A stretch of 64,000 nt of DNA, taken from a virus (Duplodnaviria; Caudoviricetes). Shown piece by piece: positions 48,272-57,552 of this stretch. The DNA is taken from IMG/VR virus record IMGVR_UViG_3300012952_003952, positions 160,001 through 224,000 of that record. One strand, 5' to 3'. Position 1 is the first letter of the stretch, and each line of letters opens with the position of its first letter. Under the pieces are notes generated by a model that saw nothing but the letters and a program-made list of their open reading frames with translations, searched no databases and was not told where the DNA came from. The translations under genes were made by a program, and so were the position numbers.

Positions 48272-48398
48272 GGCGGGCGGCTGTTCCTATCCACGGTCGA
48301 CCATAGGTTAAGCGATCACTCACTACTTTTCACCGATGCCCCATGCGGTTAAACCGCTTCATTCCCCGGTGAATATGTATCTTCGCCGGCCGTCCGCC
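48272..48398 (+). ncRNA. Candidate structured non-coding RNA of unknown family
   Basis: 127 nt, 73 G+C (57%) in an AT-rich intergenic gap; 12-bp terminal helix GGCGGGCGGCUG/CGGCCGUCCGCC plus internal stems. Confidence 0.55.
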
Positions 48399-48424
48399 TC
48401 TTGTTTGAAATATATTGAGCGATC

Positions 48425-48454
48425 TGTAAAAAAGCTTTGATTCTATGATATAAT
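48425..48454 (+). promoter_or_regulatory. Sigma70-like promoter
   Basis: GTAAAA (48426-48431), 17-bp spacer, TATAAT (48449-48454); AAGGAG RBS follows. Confidence 0.65.
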
Positions 48455-48477
48455 ATATTATATAAAGGAGTTGAATT

Positions 48478-49761
48478 ATGGGAGGTATCGCTAAGCATCT
48501 AAGCCACGTCTGGGAAGACTTGGATATGACCTTTGGGGATTTGAAAGGAATACTTTCAGAAGCCAGTCAGGGAAATCTAGAGGCTGTAGAGAAATGGGAT
48601 GGAGTTAATCTTCACTTCTGTGTAGATTCTTCTGGGATAGTACGTTTCGGCCGAAATGATACGCACCGCAGAAATGGCGGACTAACTCTTAGAGAGTTGA
48701 GAGACTTCTTTGAAGGCCACCCAGCTCAAGATACTTTCGTCCGCGGTGGAATTGCTATTTGCGAAATGGTCCAGGATTCATGGTGGCCACTTGGTTTCTC
48801 TAAGAGAAATTGGGTTAATTGTGATGTCATCGATACGAGTCGGCCGCAGTTGCTGAACTACGACAGAAACGCTGTAGCCCTTCATGAAGCTGTGTCTTAT
48901 GACGCCAATGGATTCAAGCTCGCATCAACTAGCGAAAGTGTTAAAAATCAATTCAAGAAATTAGTTGAGTCATTGCCATCGAGTGTGTCTTTCGATGGAG
49001 AAGAGTTTGATATAGTCGGTCCAAAACTTATTGAAGTGAATGAAATAGCTGGTACCGATGAATACTACCAGATACTAGAAGCGATAAACGAATGTCAAAA
49101 GTCGACGTCTCTAAGCGATGAAGATACACTCCGCGAATTTGCTTATCGCTCTGTCTACACTGGAGTAACTAGTCAGATCAACATCTCTGAAAATAAAGCT
49201 AAAGATTTAGCCAATTTAATTGTCGGATATGAATCTCCTACATTGGTCCAGATTAAAAAAGGTATGCCTGTTGGGATCGCCAGCCGTATATCTTCAGTTG
49301 GTAAATCTACAGTCAGGGGAAAAGTGGTTGCTGAAGCGATGCTTCCAATAGAGACAGCGTTCACAACGCTTGGAGCTTATATCTTAGATGGAGTATCTTC
49401 TACTTTAATCAACAACCCCGCAGCTGAATGTGAGCGAATTAAAACAGATTATATTTCTTCTCGTAGCGTATGCGAAAGTGTAGATGATGGCTTTCAAGCT
49501 CGTAGAATTGAAGCTATCGAAAAACACATTAGGAAAATAGAATTAAGTAATTACCACATAGAAGATTCCATATTCTCCGGCTTTGCAATTGAGGGCTTAG
49601 TGTTCGAGAAGAATGACAGGAAATATAAGCTCACAGGCAACTTTGCTCCTGTTAACCAAATTGTTGGAACGACTAGATACGGCAGAGGAAAGATACCTGC
49701 GGTATCGCCAAGCTCTCAAAACAAAGAATATTCTATCTTAGAGGGATTTTCAGTCGGCTAG
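48478..49761 (+). CDS. Ligase-like (KxDG) nucleotidyltransferase-fold protein
   Basis: VEKWDG (motif I-like), EGLVF (motif IV-like) and YKLTG. Confidence 0.45.
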   Translation: MGGIAKHLSHVWEDLDMTFGDLKGILSEASQGNLEAVEKWDGVNLHFCVDSSGIVRFGRNDTHRRNGGLTLRELRDFFEGHPAQDTFVRGGIAICEMVQDSWWPLGFSKRNWVNCDVIDTSRPQLLNYDRNAVALHEAVSYDANGFKLASTSESVKNQFKKLVESLPSSVSFDGEEFDIVGPKLIEVNEIAGTDEYYQILEAINECQKSTSLSDEDTLREFAYRSVYTGVTSQINISENKAKDLANLIVGYESPTLVQIKKGMPVGIASRISSVGKSTVRGKVVAEAMLPIETAFTTLGAYILDGVSSTLINNPAAECERIKTDYISSRSVCESVDDGFQARRIEAIEKHIRKIELSNYHIEDSIFSGFAIEGLVFEKNDRKYKLTGNFAPVNQIVGTTRYGRGKIPAVSPSSQNKEYSILEGFSVG

Positions 49762-50325
49762 CAAAATCTCTATGTTTTGATCTACAGTTTGCTTTGAGTA
49801 ACCTCGATGCGAATGTTGTAGCACCATTTCATCGTCGATATAAAAGAATGTTGGCCAAGCTGAGATAGGCCACCCAAAAGGATCGGTAGGTTGAAGTAAA
49901 TCCCTGTTTCCAGCCAGAACAGGTTCGGATATGCCATGAGTTTGAGCCCACCAATCTAAGTCTTCTGTAGTTGGATCTTGACCGCTTTTGTTTTCTATTA
50001 AGATAGTGATATAATTTATTTCAGGAAACTCATTTACAGTATCTTCTATGTCTACAGCAGCTATTTGACAGGGCCCACACCACATCGCAGAGAAATCTAT
50101 AACAACGGGAGATCCATAAAAGTCATATAAATTAACTTCGCTCCCTTCTTGATTGACCAGCGTAAAATTACAAGGATGGTCTCCTATAGTAGATGCGCAA
50201 GATTCCCACGTAGCAAACGGGTAGGGCTCAGTATCTTCAATTTCTTCAGTTTCTAACTCAGCAGGATTGCATGCCCCGCAACCAAGAGCACCAATAGTTA
50301 ACAGTGCAAAAAATATTTTTTTCAT
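49750..50325 (-). CDS. Thioredoxin-like (TlpA/ResA) lipoprotein
   Basis: Signal peptide MKKIFF..LGC; FSAMWCGPC and WPTF motifs. Confidence 0.85.
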   Translation of the reverse strand: MKKIFFALLTIGALGCGACNPAELETEEIEDTEPYPFATWESCASTIGDHPCNFTLVNQEGSEVNLYDFYGSPVVIDFSAMWCGPCQIAAVDIEDTVNEFPEINYITILIENKSGQDPTTEDLDWWAQTHGISEPVLAGNRDLLQPTDPFGWPISAWPTFFYIDDEMVLQHSHRGYSKQTVDQNIEILLAD

Positions 50326-50342
50326 GATTTCCTCTTTTGAAT

Positions 50343-51962
50343 TTATTGGCAAGACCAGATCGCGTAGTTTATTTCTATACTGCTACCGTCAGGTGGAGAA
50401 ACTGTAAATATGACTGTATTAGAAGAAGCTTCGTAGCCCCAGTCCGACGAAACAACTCCGTCTACAGTTACCTCTATAGTGTCTTCAATTGGCGTATCTG
50501 ATAAAGCAAATGCTACTTGCGCCAAAGAATCTCTAGCAAGTGTGTCCATTGTGCCACTCCAGTCAGAAGCGCATATCGACATGAAAGTTCCGCCTAGATC
50601 ATTTACTACGTCGTAATACCCCTCTCCAAACTGGGCTCCACCGTTTGCGCTGCACCCAGATGGATAGTCTCCTGCGATTGCATGAGCAGCTACCAGAGAT
50701 GATGAAGTCTTCAGAGATAAAAGCGATGCTGAATAATCTGAAGGTGCCATAGTGGAGGACCCTCCGCTTCCGTATGCGTGGTCTGAGAAATCAGGTTCAT
50801 CAGAAACGTATACGACGACGAGCCTTGCTGCTGATCTTTGAAAGCCAGTTGCGCTACCAGGAGATGCATCACCAGTCGTTGTTGATTCATATGCATACCA
50901 TAGCCCTTTTTCATGAGCGCTACCACGTGTGCCTATTGAATCAATTTGATCGTTAAACGCAGTTACAGGATCTGCTGTTGCGTTAGTGATGACGTCACCT
51001 ACGAAACTTGAGCTGTCTGTTGTTATTAGAGCTATTTGATAAGAAACACCTGCTGCAGTGAAAGCATTCATAAATGTGTCAAAGTTATTCTTTATGTTTG
51101 TCTGGTTAGATCCCATAGACCCTGAATTGTCTATTACAAAAAGAATATCGACGTCTACTGTTCCATCTTGAATATGAGAATCATTTACCCAAGCTTCTAT
51201 ATCACCGAGCCCATCTTGATCAGCATAAGCTAGTGGAGTAGCTGGGTCGTTAGAAGCTATCTCTAAATACCCAGCATCATCATGCAGGTCTAAAGGTAGG
51301 TAATCTATGTTAAGATCTATAGTATCTCCAGGGGGCACTGTGATTGGTAGAGCGCCCCATCCAGCTTCATAGTCTTGCATAGAGAAATCTACAGGCAGGC
51401 TAGCAAAAAATTCAATGTCAGAAATTATAAGATTGGAATTACCAATGTTGCCAACTTCTATTGAAAGAGTATCATCACAGCCTAAATAAACATCTCCAAA
51501 GTCGTGATAATCTGGAGTTATAGTAATGACTGGTGCATCACCAGATCCATCTAGCAAGACATTCACTATTGGTTCATCTTCGTCGTTAGATATAATACTA
51601 ACTGTTTCGTGATTTGTCTCATATGTTCCAGGAGCATAAGTTACGATAAGCTCTACAGAATTTAGAGAGTCAACAATTCCTGTTGGGACTGTCGTGAGAG
51701 AGAAATTAGAGTTTCCATTGTTGAGGTAGATATTAGAAATGTTAAGTTCGCCATTTCCAATGTTTTCAATGTTTATAACAACGTCTTGAGTTTCGCTACC
51801 AGCGCTTAGCGCTCCATAGCTGTGATAAGTTGGATCTACTTCTATTTCCGGAGCAGTAACCCCAGGTTCGACCTCTTCAGTTATCTTTGATATTTTATAA
51901 TCTGAGCACCCAACTGAAAATAAAAAGAGGGTGCACAATAATGATTTAGTTAACGTATACAT
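50343..51962 (-). CDS. Lipoprotein with two Ig-like domains and a vWA domain
   Basis: Lipobox SVGC; two repeats of ITI.P..HDFG...IGN..L.ISDI..SND; MIDAS DILFVIDNSGSM; YVSDE. Confidence 0.8.
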   Translation of the reverse strand: MYTLTKSLLCTLFLFSVGCSDYKISKITEEVEPGVTAPEIEVDPTYHSYGALSAGSETQDVVINIENIGNGELNISNIYLNNGNSNFSLTTVPTGIVDSLNSVELIVTYAPGTYETNHETVSIISNDEDEPIVNVLLDGSGDAPVITITPDYHDFGDVYLGCDDTLSIEVGNIGNSNLIISDIEFFASLPVDFSMQDYEAGWGALPITVPPGDTIDLNIDYLPLDLHDDAGYLEIASNDPATPLAYADQDGLGDIEAWVNDSHIQDGTVDVDILFVIDNSGSMGSNQTNIKNNFDTFMNAFTAAGVSYQIALITTDSSSFVGDVITNATADPVTAFNDQIDSIGTRGSAHEKGLWYAYESTTTGDASPGSATGFQRSAARLVVVYVSDEPDFSDHAYGSGGSSTMAPSDYSASLLSLKTSSSLVAAHAIAGDYPSGCSANGGAQFGEGYYDVVNDLGGTFMSICASDWSGTMDTLARDSLAQVAFALSDTPIEDTIEVTVDGVVSSDWGYEASSNTVIFTVSPPDGSSIEINYAIWSCQ

Positions 51963-52821
51963 TGTACCCTACCTCTATTACTGATCCGTAATCTGGAACA
52001 AAGCCAAGCTGAATTCCATTAGTTTCTTCTACGTAAGACCAGTTGTATATTGCTTCTTGATTTACATAAACAACAAGAGACTCTAAGATAGGCTCAGGCT
52101 CGCTTAAAGCGATAAAGTCTTTTAATTGAGTTAAATAAGAAGAATCTGAAAGCCAAACTGACCAGTCTTCTTCGCATATATCTATTGCGTCTTTTCCATA
52201 CAAGTTTACTAATTCTTCGTACTTGTATCCGATATCATAAGTGTAGCCGCACTCGCTATCTTCTAGTTGCGTAATAGCGACAACATCATGATTTACGTCT
52301 TTAAATTCATCTTGCATCCAATCACGAAACAAATCTGCAGAAATAGCACTTTGTTCATCTTCGTCAGAAATCAAGAATAATAGAAAATCCGCCTCTGGAC
52401 GCCTGAAGGCTAATCCTTCCTCTGTGTCCAAAAAAGAGTATGTGGCTCCAAACCCCTCCTCATAAAAAGTAGAGCTTAGTAAGCTTGGTGCCATAAGCAT
52501 ATCAATTGCAGTAGAAGATGAATCATAAGGGCCTACGTATGAAAGATCTGTTGGGTCCATAGTAATATACCCAAACTTATAGTCAAGGGTCAGAGACTCA
52601 ATGTCGGTTCTTAGCATGTCCATTCCATCTGCCACATCTTCATAATTGTCCCTCATAGAACCAGAAGTATCTAAAGCTACGAGAACGTCTAGTTCTTCTA
52701 GTTGTTTTGCTTGGACAAATGAATCTACAACAACTTTAACTTCTTTTCGATCTACAACTTGAAAATCTCCACCGCAGCCTGCGATCAAAAAAGATAAAAA
52801 GATGAACAATATTTTTTTCAT
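51946..52821 (-). CDS. vWA-domain lipoprotein
   Basis: Lipobox IAGC; VLVALDTSGSM and LISDEDEQS; C-terminal beta domain similar to that of the neighbouring vWA gene. Confidence 0.8.
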   Translation of the reverse strand: MKKILFIFLSFLIAGCGGDFQVVDRKEVKVVVDSFVQAKQLEELDVLVALDTSGSMRDNYEDVADGMDMLRTDIESLTLDYKFGYITMDPTDLSYVGPYDSSSTAIDMLMAPSLLSSTFYEEGFGATYSFLDTEEGLAFRRPEADFLLFLISDEDEQSAISADLFRDWMQDEFKDVNHDVVAITQLEDSECGYTYDIGYKYEELVNLYGKDAIDICEEDWSVWLSDSSYLTQLKDFIALSEPEPILESLVVYVNQEAIYNWSYVEETNGIQLGFVPDYGSVIEVGYNVYVN

Positions 52822-53612
52822 AGACTTCTCAGAGTGTCTCTAATTTTTCCTACTTCTTCTTGCGACAAAGGGCAGACGTAAACAAGCGTTTCTAGAGCTT
52901 GAGGCCGGCCTGCAAAACTTTCTACTCCTAAAGCCCATACTAGACCAACTAGCCGTCCATTAGAGTCAAAAACACCCGCTCCACTCGACCCTGGCCAGAC
53001 AAACCCTTGTATTAATACTGAATTATTATGATTAACTGCAGTCCCACTTACAAACCCAGTGGAAGTTAACCTACTGTATGAGCTTGGATAGCCTGTATAC
53101 ACCACTTCACTTCCGATGACCCAATCTTCTAAATCTAACGCCCCTATTGAAACAGCTGTCAAGTCATTTATTTTAGGAACAGAAAGTACTGCAATGTCGT
53201 AATCGTCAGAAACATAGACCGTGTGAGCAACTGTAGTAAAAGAGTTTTCGCTACTGATTAATAAAATTGATTGGTCGTCTATTACATGCTTTGCGGTAAG
53301 AATGTAATAAGATCCTCGAAACTTAAAATATGTTCCTGACCCATGTCCGTTAGTGTAGGCTCTGTCTTGTGTTGGAAGCTGAGATAATTGATGAACTTTT
53401 ACTGAAGATTCCCGACTCATTCTGTGGTGGTAATCTAAAGATCTTAAAGCTGCTTGCTCTTGAATTAAAACCGGAGATTCTACCAGTTGAGGAGATGGAA
53501 TGGGCTCTTCATGTTCTTCTAAGAGCGCGCCGTTGTTTTTAGCAGTGATTCCAATCAAGAGTAAAAAAGTGAAAAAAGAGAGTAAAACTAACCTTTTAAA
53601 AAGTGTAGACAT
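52818..53612 (-). CDS. Trypsin-like serine protease with an N-terminal membrane anchor or signal
   Basis: HGSG, ILTAKHV (His), YDIAVL (Asp) and PGSSG (Ser). Confidence 0.88.
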   Translation of the reverse strand: MSTLFKRLVLLSFFTFLLLIGITAKNNGALLEEHEEPIPSPQLVESPVLIQEQAALRSLDYHHRMSRESSVKVHQLSQLPTQDRAYTNGHGSGTYFKFRGSYYILTAKHVIDDQSILLISSENSFTTVAHTVYVSDDYDIAVLSVPKINDLTAVSIGALDLEDWVIGSEVVYTGYPSSYSRLTSTGFVSGTAVNHNNSVLIQGFVWPGSSGAGVFDSNGRLVGLVWALGVESFAGRPQALETLVYVCPLSQEEVGKIRDTLRSL

Positions 53613-53742
53613 TATGGGGACCTCTATTAAATAGTTATTATTAAAAAGACGTCTAAGGAACTAATTTGTAAATTTTTTTACGTACTCCGTTATAATTGTG
53701 TACAGAGATAGGCACAAGGGCTAACTTTTTAATAGTTAATAC

Positions 53743-54993
53743 ATGAAAAAAGGTTTAAAAATAATGAACGAACAAGCGATCCGAAAGGTTATCCGACAAG
53801 AAATAAAGAAACAGAATTCGCTGCTTTTAGAGCAGGGTGGAACAATTTATTACAGCAAAGATGAGTTTTATGATGCTTTCATTGGTCCGTGGATCAACGT
53901 TTTAAAAGTGATAAAAAACGAGAGTCAAAAAACTTTAGCTAACGTTAAAACATCGTTTCAAGTTTTCTTTACGTTCAACCAAAAGAAAGCGGAGCTGCTT
54001 CTGGCTAAAAATAGAGATAGAGTAGCAAAAATAAACGCCGACACCGATGCCATTCTAAAGACGATGCCAATCAATGGCGAATTTAAAGCAGCGGCCTTTA
54101 TCATGAATCCTGGAGCTTATTTAGCTATTAATCACGGTCCAGATTTTGCAAGAGGTACTGTGGATTATTTAAAAGGAGCAGGTTTTGGAGACTTCTTACC
54201 AGACGAATCTAATTACGATGCTCAAAAAAGAAAAGACGACGACAAAGGTCCTATTGGAAAAGCTCTTTCTGCTCTAAATCAGATTTTTCTTCTCGCAGGA
54301 GCTACTCACCCTGGCCAAATATTAACCGAGCAAGATGAAGAATCAGAAGCAGAGATAGAAGATGAATCGCAAATACCTCCAGACCTTATAATTCAAGCTT
54401 TTGAAGAAAGTGGAGACTTGCAAAAAATAGAAAAAGTCAAAAAAGATTTTCTAGATTCTATTTTTCTAGGAGAAGATTCTATAGAGTCTCTTGCAACTTT
54501 GGCCAATAGCCAGATGAAGTTTTTAGAAAATGTTGCTGGCGCTACGAATGTGGAAGAATTAAATAAGTCACTACAAGAATTTAAAGTGGCTGCTCCAGAA
54601 GCTGACCTTGGTGGAGTAGAAAAATTACCTGAAACTTTAAAACAAGATGCAGAAAACATAGCAAACAATGAAAAAGCTATGAAGAAAATTAAAGAAGAAT
54701 TCTTAAAAGAAAAAGGTATGGACGCTGAAGAGGTCGATAATATCGATAAGCAAGAGTTGCGAGATTATGTAAATAATTTAGCATTTGGTCAAGCTATGTC
54801 AGGTGTCCAAAGTTCAGTAAAAGAAACAACGCAAAATTTAATAAGATTCACCGAAGACAGTATTGATGAACAAGTCCAGTCTCTATGGTCCGAAATGAAT
54901 AAAGCGGTACCAGAAATAGACTTAGATCCAAACAACGATCCGGTCCTCCAGAGTTATATTAAGGCTGCTAAGCAAAAAATTCAAGCTCCTTAA
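53743..54993 (+). CDS. Helical acidic hypothetical protein, probably virion-associated
   Basis: IRKVIRQEI..LLLEQ and ILTEQ motifs; ATAGTTA upstream. Confidence 0.6.
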   Translation: MKKGLKIMNEQAIRKVIRQEIKKQNSLLLEQGGTIYYSKDEFYDAFIGPWINVLKVIKNESQKTLANVKTSFQVFFTFNQKKAELLLAKNRDRVAKINADTDAILKTMPINGEFKAAAFIMNPGAYLAINHGPDFARGTVDYLKGAGFGDFLPDESNYDAQKRKDDDKGPIGKALSALNQIFLLAGATHPGQILTEQDEESEAEIEDESQIPPDLIIQAFEESGDLQKIEKVKKDFLDSIFLGEDSIESLATLANSQMKFLENVAGATNVEELNKSLQEFKVAAPEADLGGVEKLPETLKQDAENIANNEKAMKKIKEEFLKEKGMDAEEVDNIDKQELRDYVNNLAFGQAMSGVQSSVKETTQNLIRFTEDSIDEQVQSLWSEMNKAVPEIDLDPNNDPVLQSYIKAAKQKIQAP

Positions 54994-55055
54994 ATCTATT
55001 CAGATTAACATTTTTCTTCTTTGTTTAAAATAGAAAAGTAATAAGAGAGTTCACA

Positions 55056-55421
55056 ATGTCGAAACAACCTTCCAATTCTCAGTGGATACCAGAAATAATG
55101 TATGAAGAAGATTCTCAAGGCTTATCTTCGCACATTCCCTTTATTCAAGTTCCAATTTCTGAAGATATGCCAGCGCTTCTATTTGTTTTTGAATCTAGAG
55201 AAACTGGAGAATTTGAACCAGGTCCAAATGGAGAAGAGCTTCCAGTTACTGAATTAGATTTACATCAATACGCTGACATGCTAATTTTAAAAGAAGGGCT
55301 CTCAGCTTCAGAATACGATAAAGTTCGTGAAGCTTTAGGGTTAGAGCCGCTCATTTCGGCCGCTACAAAAGGTCGAGAATTAACAAAAAATATTAGACAA
55401 AATCTTGAAAAATCCTCTTAA
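55056..55421 (+). CDS. Hypothetical protein
   Basis: 121-aa ORF. Confidence 0.6.
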   Translation: MSKQPSNSQWIPEIMYEEDSQGLSSHIPFIQVPISEDMPALLFVFESRETGEFEPGPNGEELPVTELDLHQYADMLILKEGLSASEYDKVREALGLEPLISAATKGRELTKNIRQNLEKSS

Positions 55422-55433
55422 ATATGGTATAAT
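55405..55433 (+). promoter_or_regulatory. Sigma70-like promoter with extended -10
   Basis: TTGAAA, 17-bp spacer, TGn-TATAAT (55428-55433); AGGAG RBS follows. Confidence 0.75.
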
Positions 55434-55457
55434 ATCCATATAAGAGGAGTTTTATTT

Positions 55458-56114
55458 ATGAATCCCATCTCTGTTAGAATGACTCAGGGTGCACTCGCAA
55501 GAATGTCTGAGTTTCACGAGGCCATTAAAAATCTTTATGCAGCTCAAGGCTTAGAGTTTTTCGAAGATTTAGGCCGTAGAAATATTCTTATGTCTCGCCC
55601 ACAAGAAAAATTCTTTGCCGAAGAGCTTAAAGAGAAATATCCGCTAGCTCATGCTGATGGAAAAACAGGTCAGCCAGACATAATCGTCCCAGAGATCAGC
55701 AAAGAAATAGAGTGTAAAATTACTTCGAAGGGAAAATCTGGGAGCTGGAGCTTGCAAACAGATTACAATACTTTGAAAACTAAGGGCAAACTAGACTACC
55801 TATACGTTCTTTGTAGTCCAGAATTTGAGAAATTCTCTGTTTTATATTTTGAGGGTCTTGACGTTTCTGATTTTAGAAATCCTTCTCCTGGCTCTCGTGG
55901 TAAATCTCAAATGGTTCTCTGGAAAGCTATGAAGAAGTGCACTGTGCTGTGGGGAGGAGTAGAAAATTTAAGCGACCAAAATAGAGCTAAAGTAGAAGCT
56001 CTTTTAGCAGACGCTAAAAATATCGATAAACATTCTTTGAAAAAATTGATAAAAAGAAAAAAGTTTTGGAACACAACTCCAGATCGTTTTAGATTTGTTT
56101 TGGAGGAAATTTAA
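55458..56114 (+). CDS. PD-(D/E)xK nuclease-like protein
   Basis: GQPDIIVPEISKEIECK fits PD...ExK. Confidence 0.55.
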   Translation: MNPISVRMTQGALARMSEFHEAIKNLYAAQGLEFFEDLGRRNILMSRPQEKFFAEELKEKYPLAHADGKTGQPDIIVPEISKEIECKITSKGKSGSWSLQTDYNTLKTKGKLDYLYVLCSPEFEKFSVLYFEGLDVSDFRNPSPGSRGKSQMVLWKAMKKCTVLWGGVENLSDQNRAKVEALLADAKNIDKHSLKKLIKRKKFWNTTPDRFRFVLEEI

Positions 56115-56554
56115 TGCAAAGATATGAAGTTGGATCAGTTTTGTACTTAATCCCTACTGGAAATTTTGTAGCAGTACCTGCTCAAGTAGTAGAAGAAGTA
56201 ATCAGAAAATCTATTTCAGGAGAAAACATAGACTACTACATTGCAATACCGGGAAAAGAAAAGACAATTCTTTTAGAAAGTTTTGATGGAGACATCTTTC
56301 AAGACATATCTGACATAAGAGCTTATCTTTTAGAAATAGCAACATCTAAAGTTAGAGAATTAGTAGACAACGCAGAAAAAGTTGCAAAAGCTAGTTTTGA
56401 ATCTTTCGAGAAACCAGAACCAAAACCATCATCGAAAAAGCCGCGTCGTAAAAAAGCTACAAAAAAATCTAGTGATCATGCTGAAGTAGATTTGGGGAAT
56501 GGACAAAGCGCTAAAATAGTAGTGAATGACGAACTTAAGGAGTTGCTCTCATGA
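56114..56554 (+). CDS. Hypothetical protein
   Basis: 146-aa coupled ORF. Confidence 0.6.
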   Translation: MQRYEVGSVLYLIPTGNFVAVPAQVVEEVIRKSISGENIDYYIAIPGKEKTILLESFDGDIFQDISDIRAYLLEIATSKVRELVDNAEKVAKASFESFEKPEPKPSSKKPRRKKATKKSSDHAEVDLGNGQSAKIVVNDELKELLS

Positions 56555-57363
56555 TATTAGTTCTAGATGCTTATAATCTTATACACAGAGCGAGGTGGTC
56601 GCCTATGGGCAAAGCTTATTCTGGAAACGGGATGACTTTTTCTTTTTTTCGCTCTCTTAAAGCTCTTGTTGAAAAGTTTGATCCTGATAAAGTCTATCTA
56701 GTTTTAGAAGGACACCCAAAGCTGAGACACGAAGCCACTTCAGATTATAAAGGCACTAGAGGAAAAATAGAAGACGAATCTTTTCACGAGCAAAAAGAAG
56801 ATATAATCTCTTTATGCCGTAGCGCTCTTCCAATTACTATTATACGACACCCTGAATTCGAGTGTGACGACGTCATCGGGTTTCTAACCAGGCAGAGACA
56901 TGTCAGTGAAAAGTGCACTATAGTATCTACCGATACAGACTTCATTCAACTTTTAACAAACCCCAACACCAGTCTCTATAACCCAGTTAAAAAGAAATAT
57001 ATCAACCCAACGCCATTTAACTATGTTCAGTGGAAAGCCCTCCGCGGAGACTCCGCTGATAACATCCATGGATTCAAGGGAATCGGCGACAAGAGAGCTA
57101 CTAAGCTTTTAGAAAACAGAGAATCTTTATATGAGTTTTTAGATTCTGCAGACAATAGAGAAAAATTTGCTAAAAACTGTTTTCTTATTAGTCTACATGA
57201 TTACATTTTAACTACTAAGATAGAACTTCTTGAAGAAAGTAGTTCTGGTTTCGACTGGAAAGGCTGTAGAAAATTCTTCCAAGAAAGAGAATTTGGATCA
57301 ATGCTTAACACAGTATACTCAACACAATTCAAGAAAGTCTTTTCAAACGTGGAGAATAAATGA
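56551..57363 (+). CDS. Second 5'-3' exonuclease / flap endonuclease
   Basis: LDAYN, YKGTR, ECDDVIG, STDTDF and GDSADNIHGFKGIG motifs. Confidence 0.9.
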   Translation: MILVLDAYNLIHRARWSPMGKAYSGNGMTFSFFRSLKALVEKFDPDKVYLVLEGHPKLRHEATSDYKGTRGKIEDESFHEQKEDIISLCRSALPITIIRHPEFECDDVIGFLTRQRHVSEKCTIVSTDTDFIQLLTNPNTSLYNPVKKKYINPTPFNYVQWKALRGDSADNIHGFKGIGDKRATKLLENRESLYEFLDSADNREKFAKNCFLISLHDYILTTKIELLEESSSGFDWKGCRKFFQEREFGSMLNTVYSTQFKKVFSNVENK

Positions 57364-57548
57364 AGAATTTAACTGAAGAAATTTTATCTGCTTTAAGAGA
57401 GAAAGGCTTTATTTCTGAGAATGAAATAGCCTATAAACAAGGTGATCTTTTAATAGCTGAAAACGTAATATCTAATCAAAAAAGAAAATTAGAGAATGTT
57501 CCGACGTCTTTGATTGAAGGTTCTGCACCAAGAATTCTAAAGGGTTAA
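57360..57548 (+). CDS. Small hypothetical protein
   Basis: 62-aa coupled ORF. Confidence 0.55.
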   Translation: MKNLTEEILSALREKGFISENEIAYKQGDLLIAENVISNQKRKLENVPTSLIEGSAPRILKG

Positions 57549-57552
57549 ATCT

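Noticed and set aside
48272-48398. 5S rRNA, tRNA or tmRNA identity for the structured element (its size is similar to 5S; the minus strand has GUAGUG and UAGGAAC)
   Set aside because: It lacks the conserved 5S CCGAAC loop, has no T-loop (GTTCRA) or cloverleaf, and the wobble pairs in P1 favour the opposite strand.
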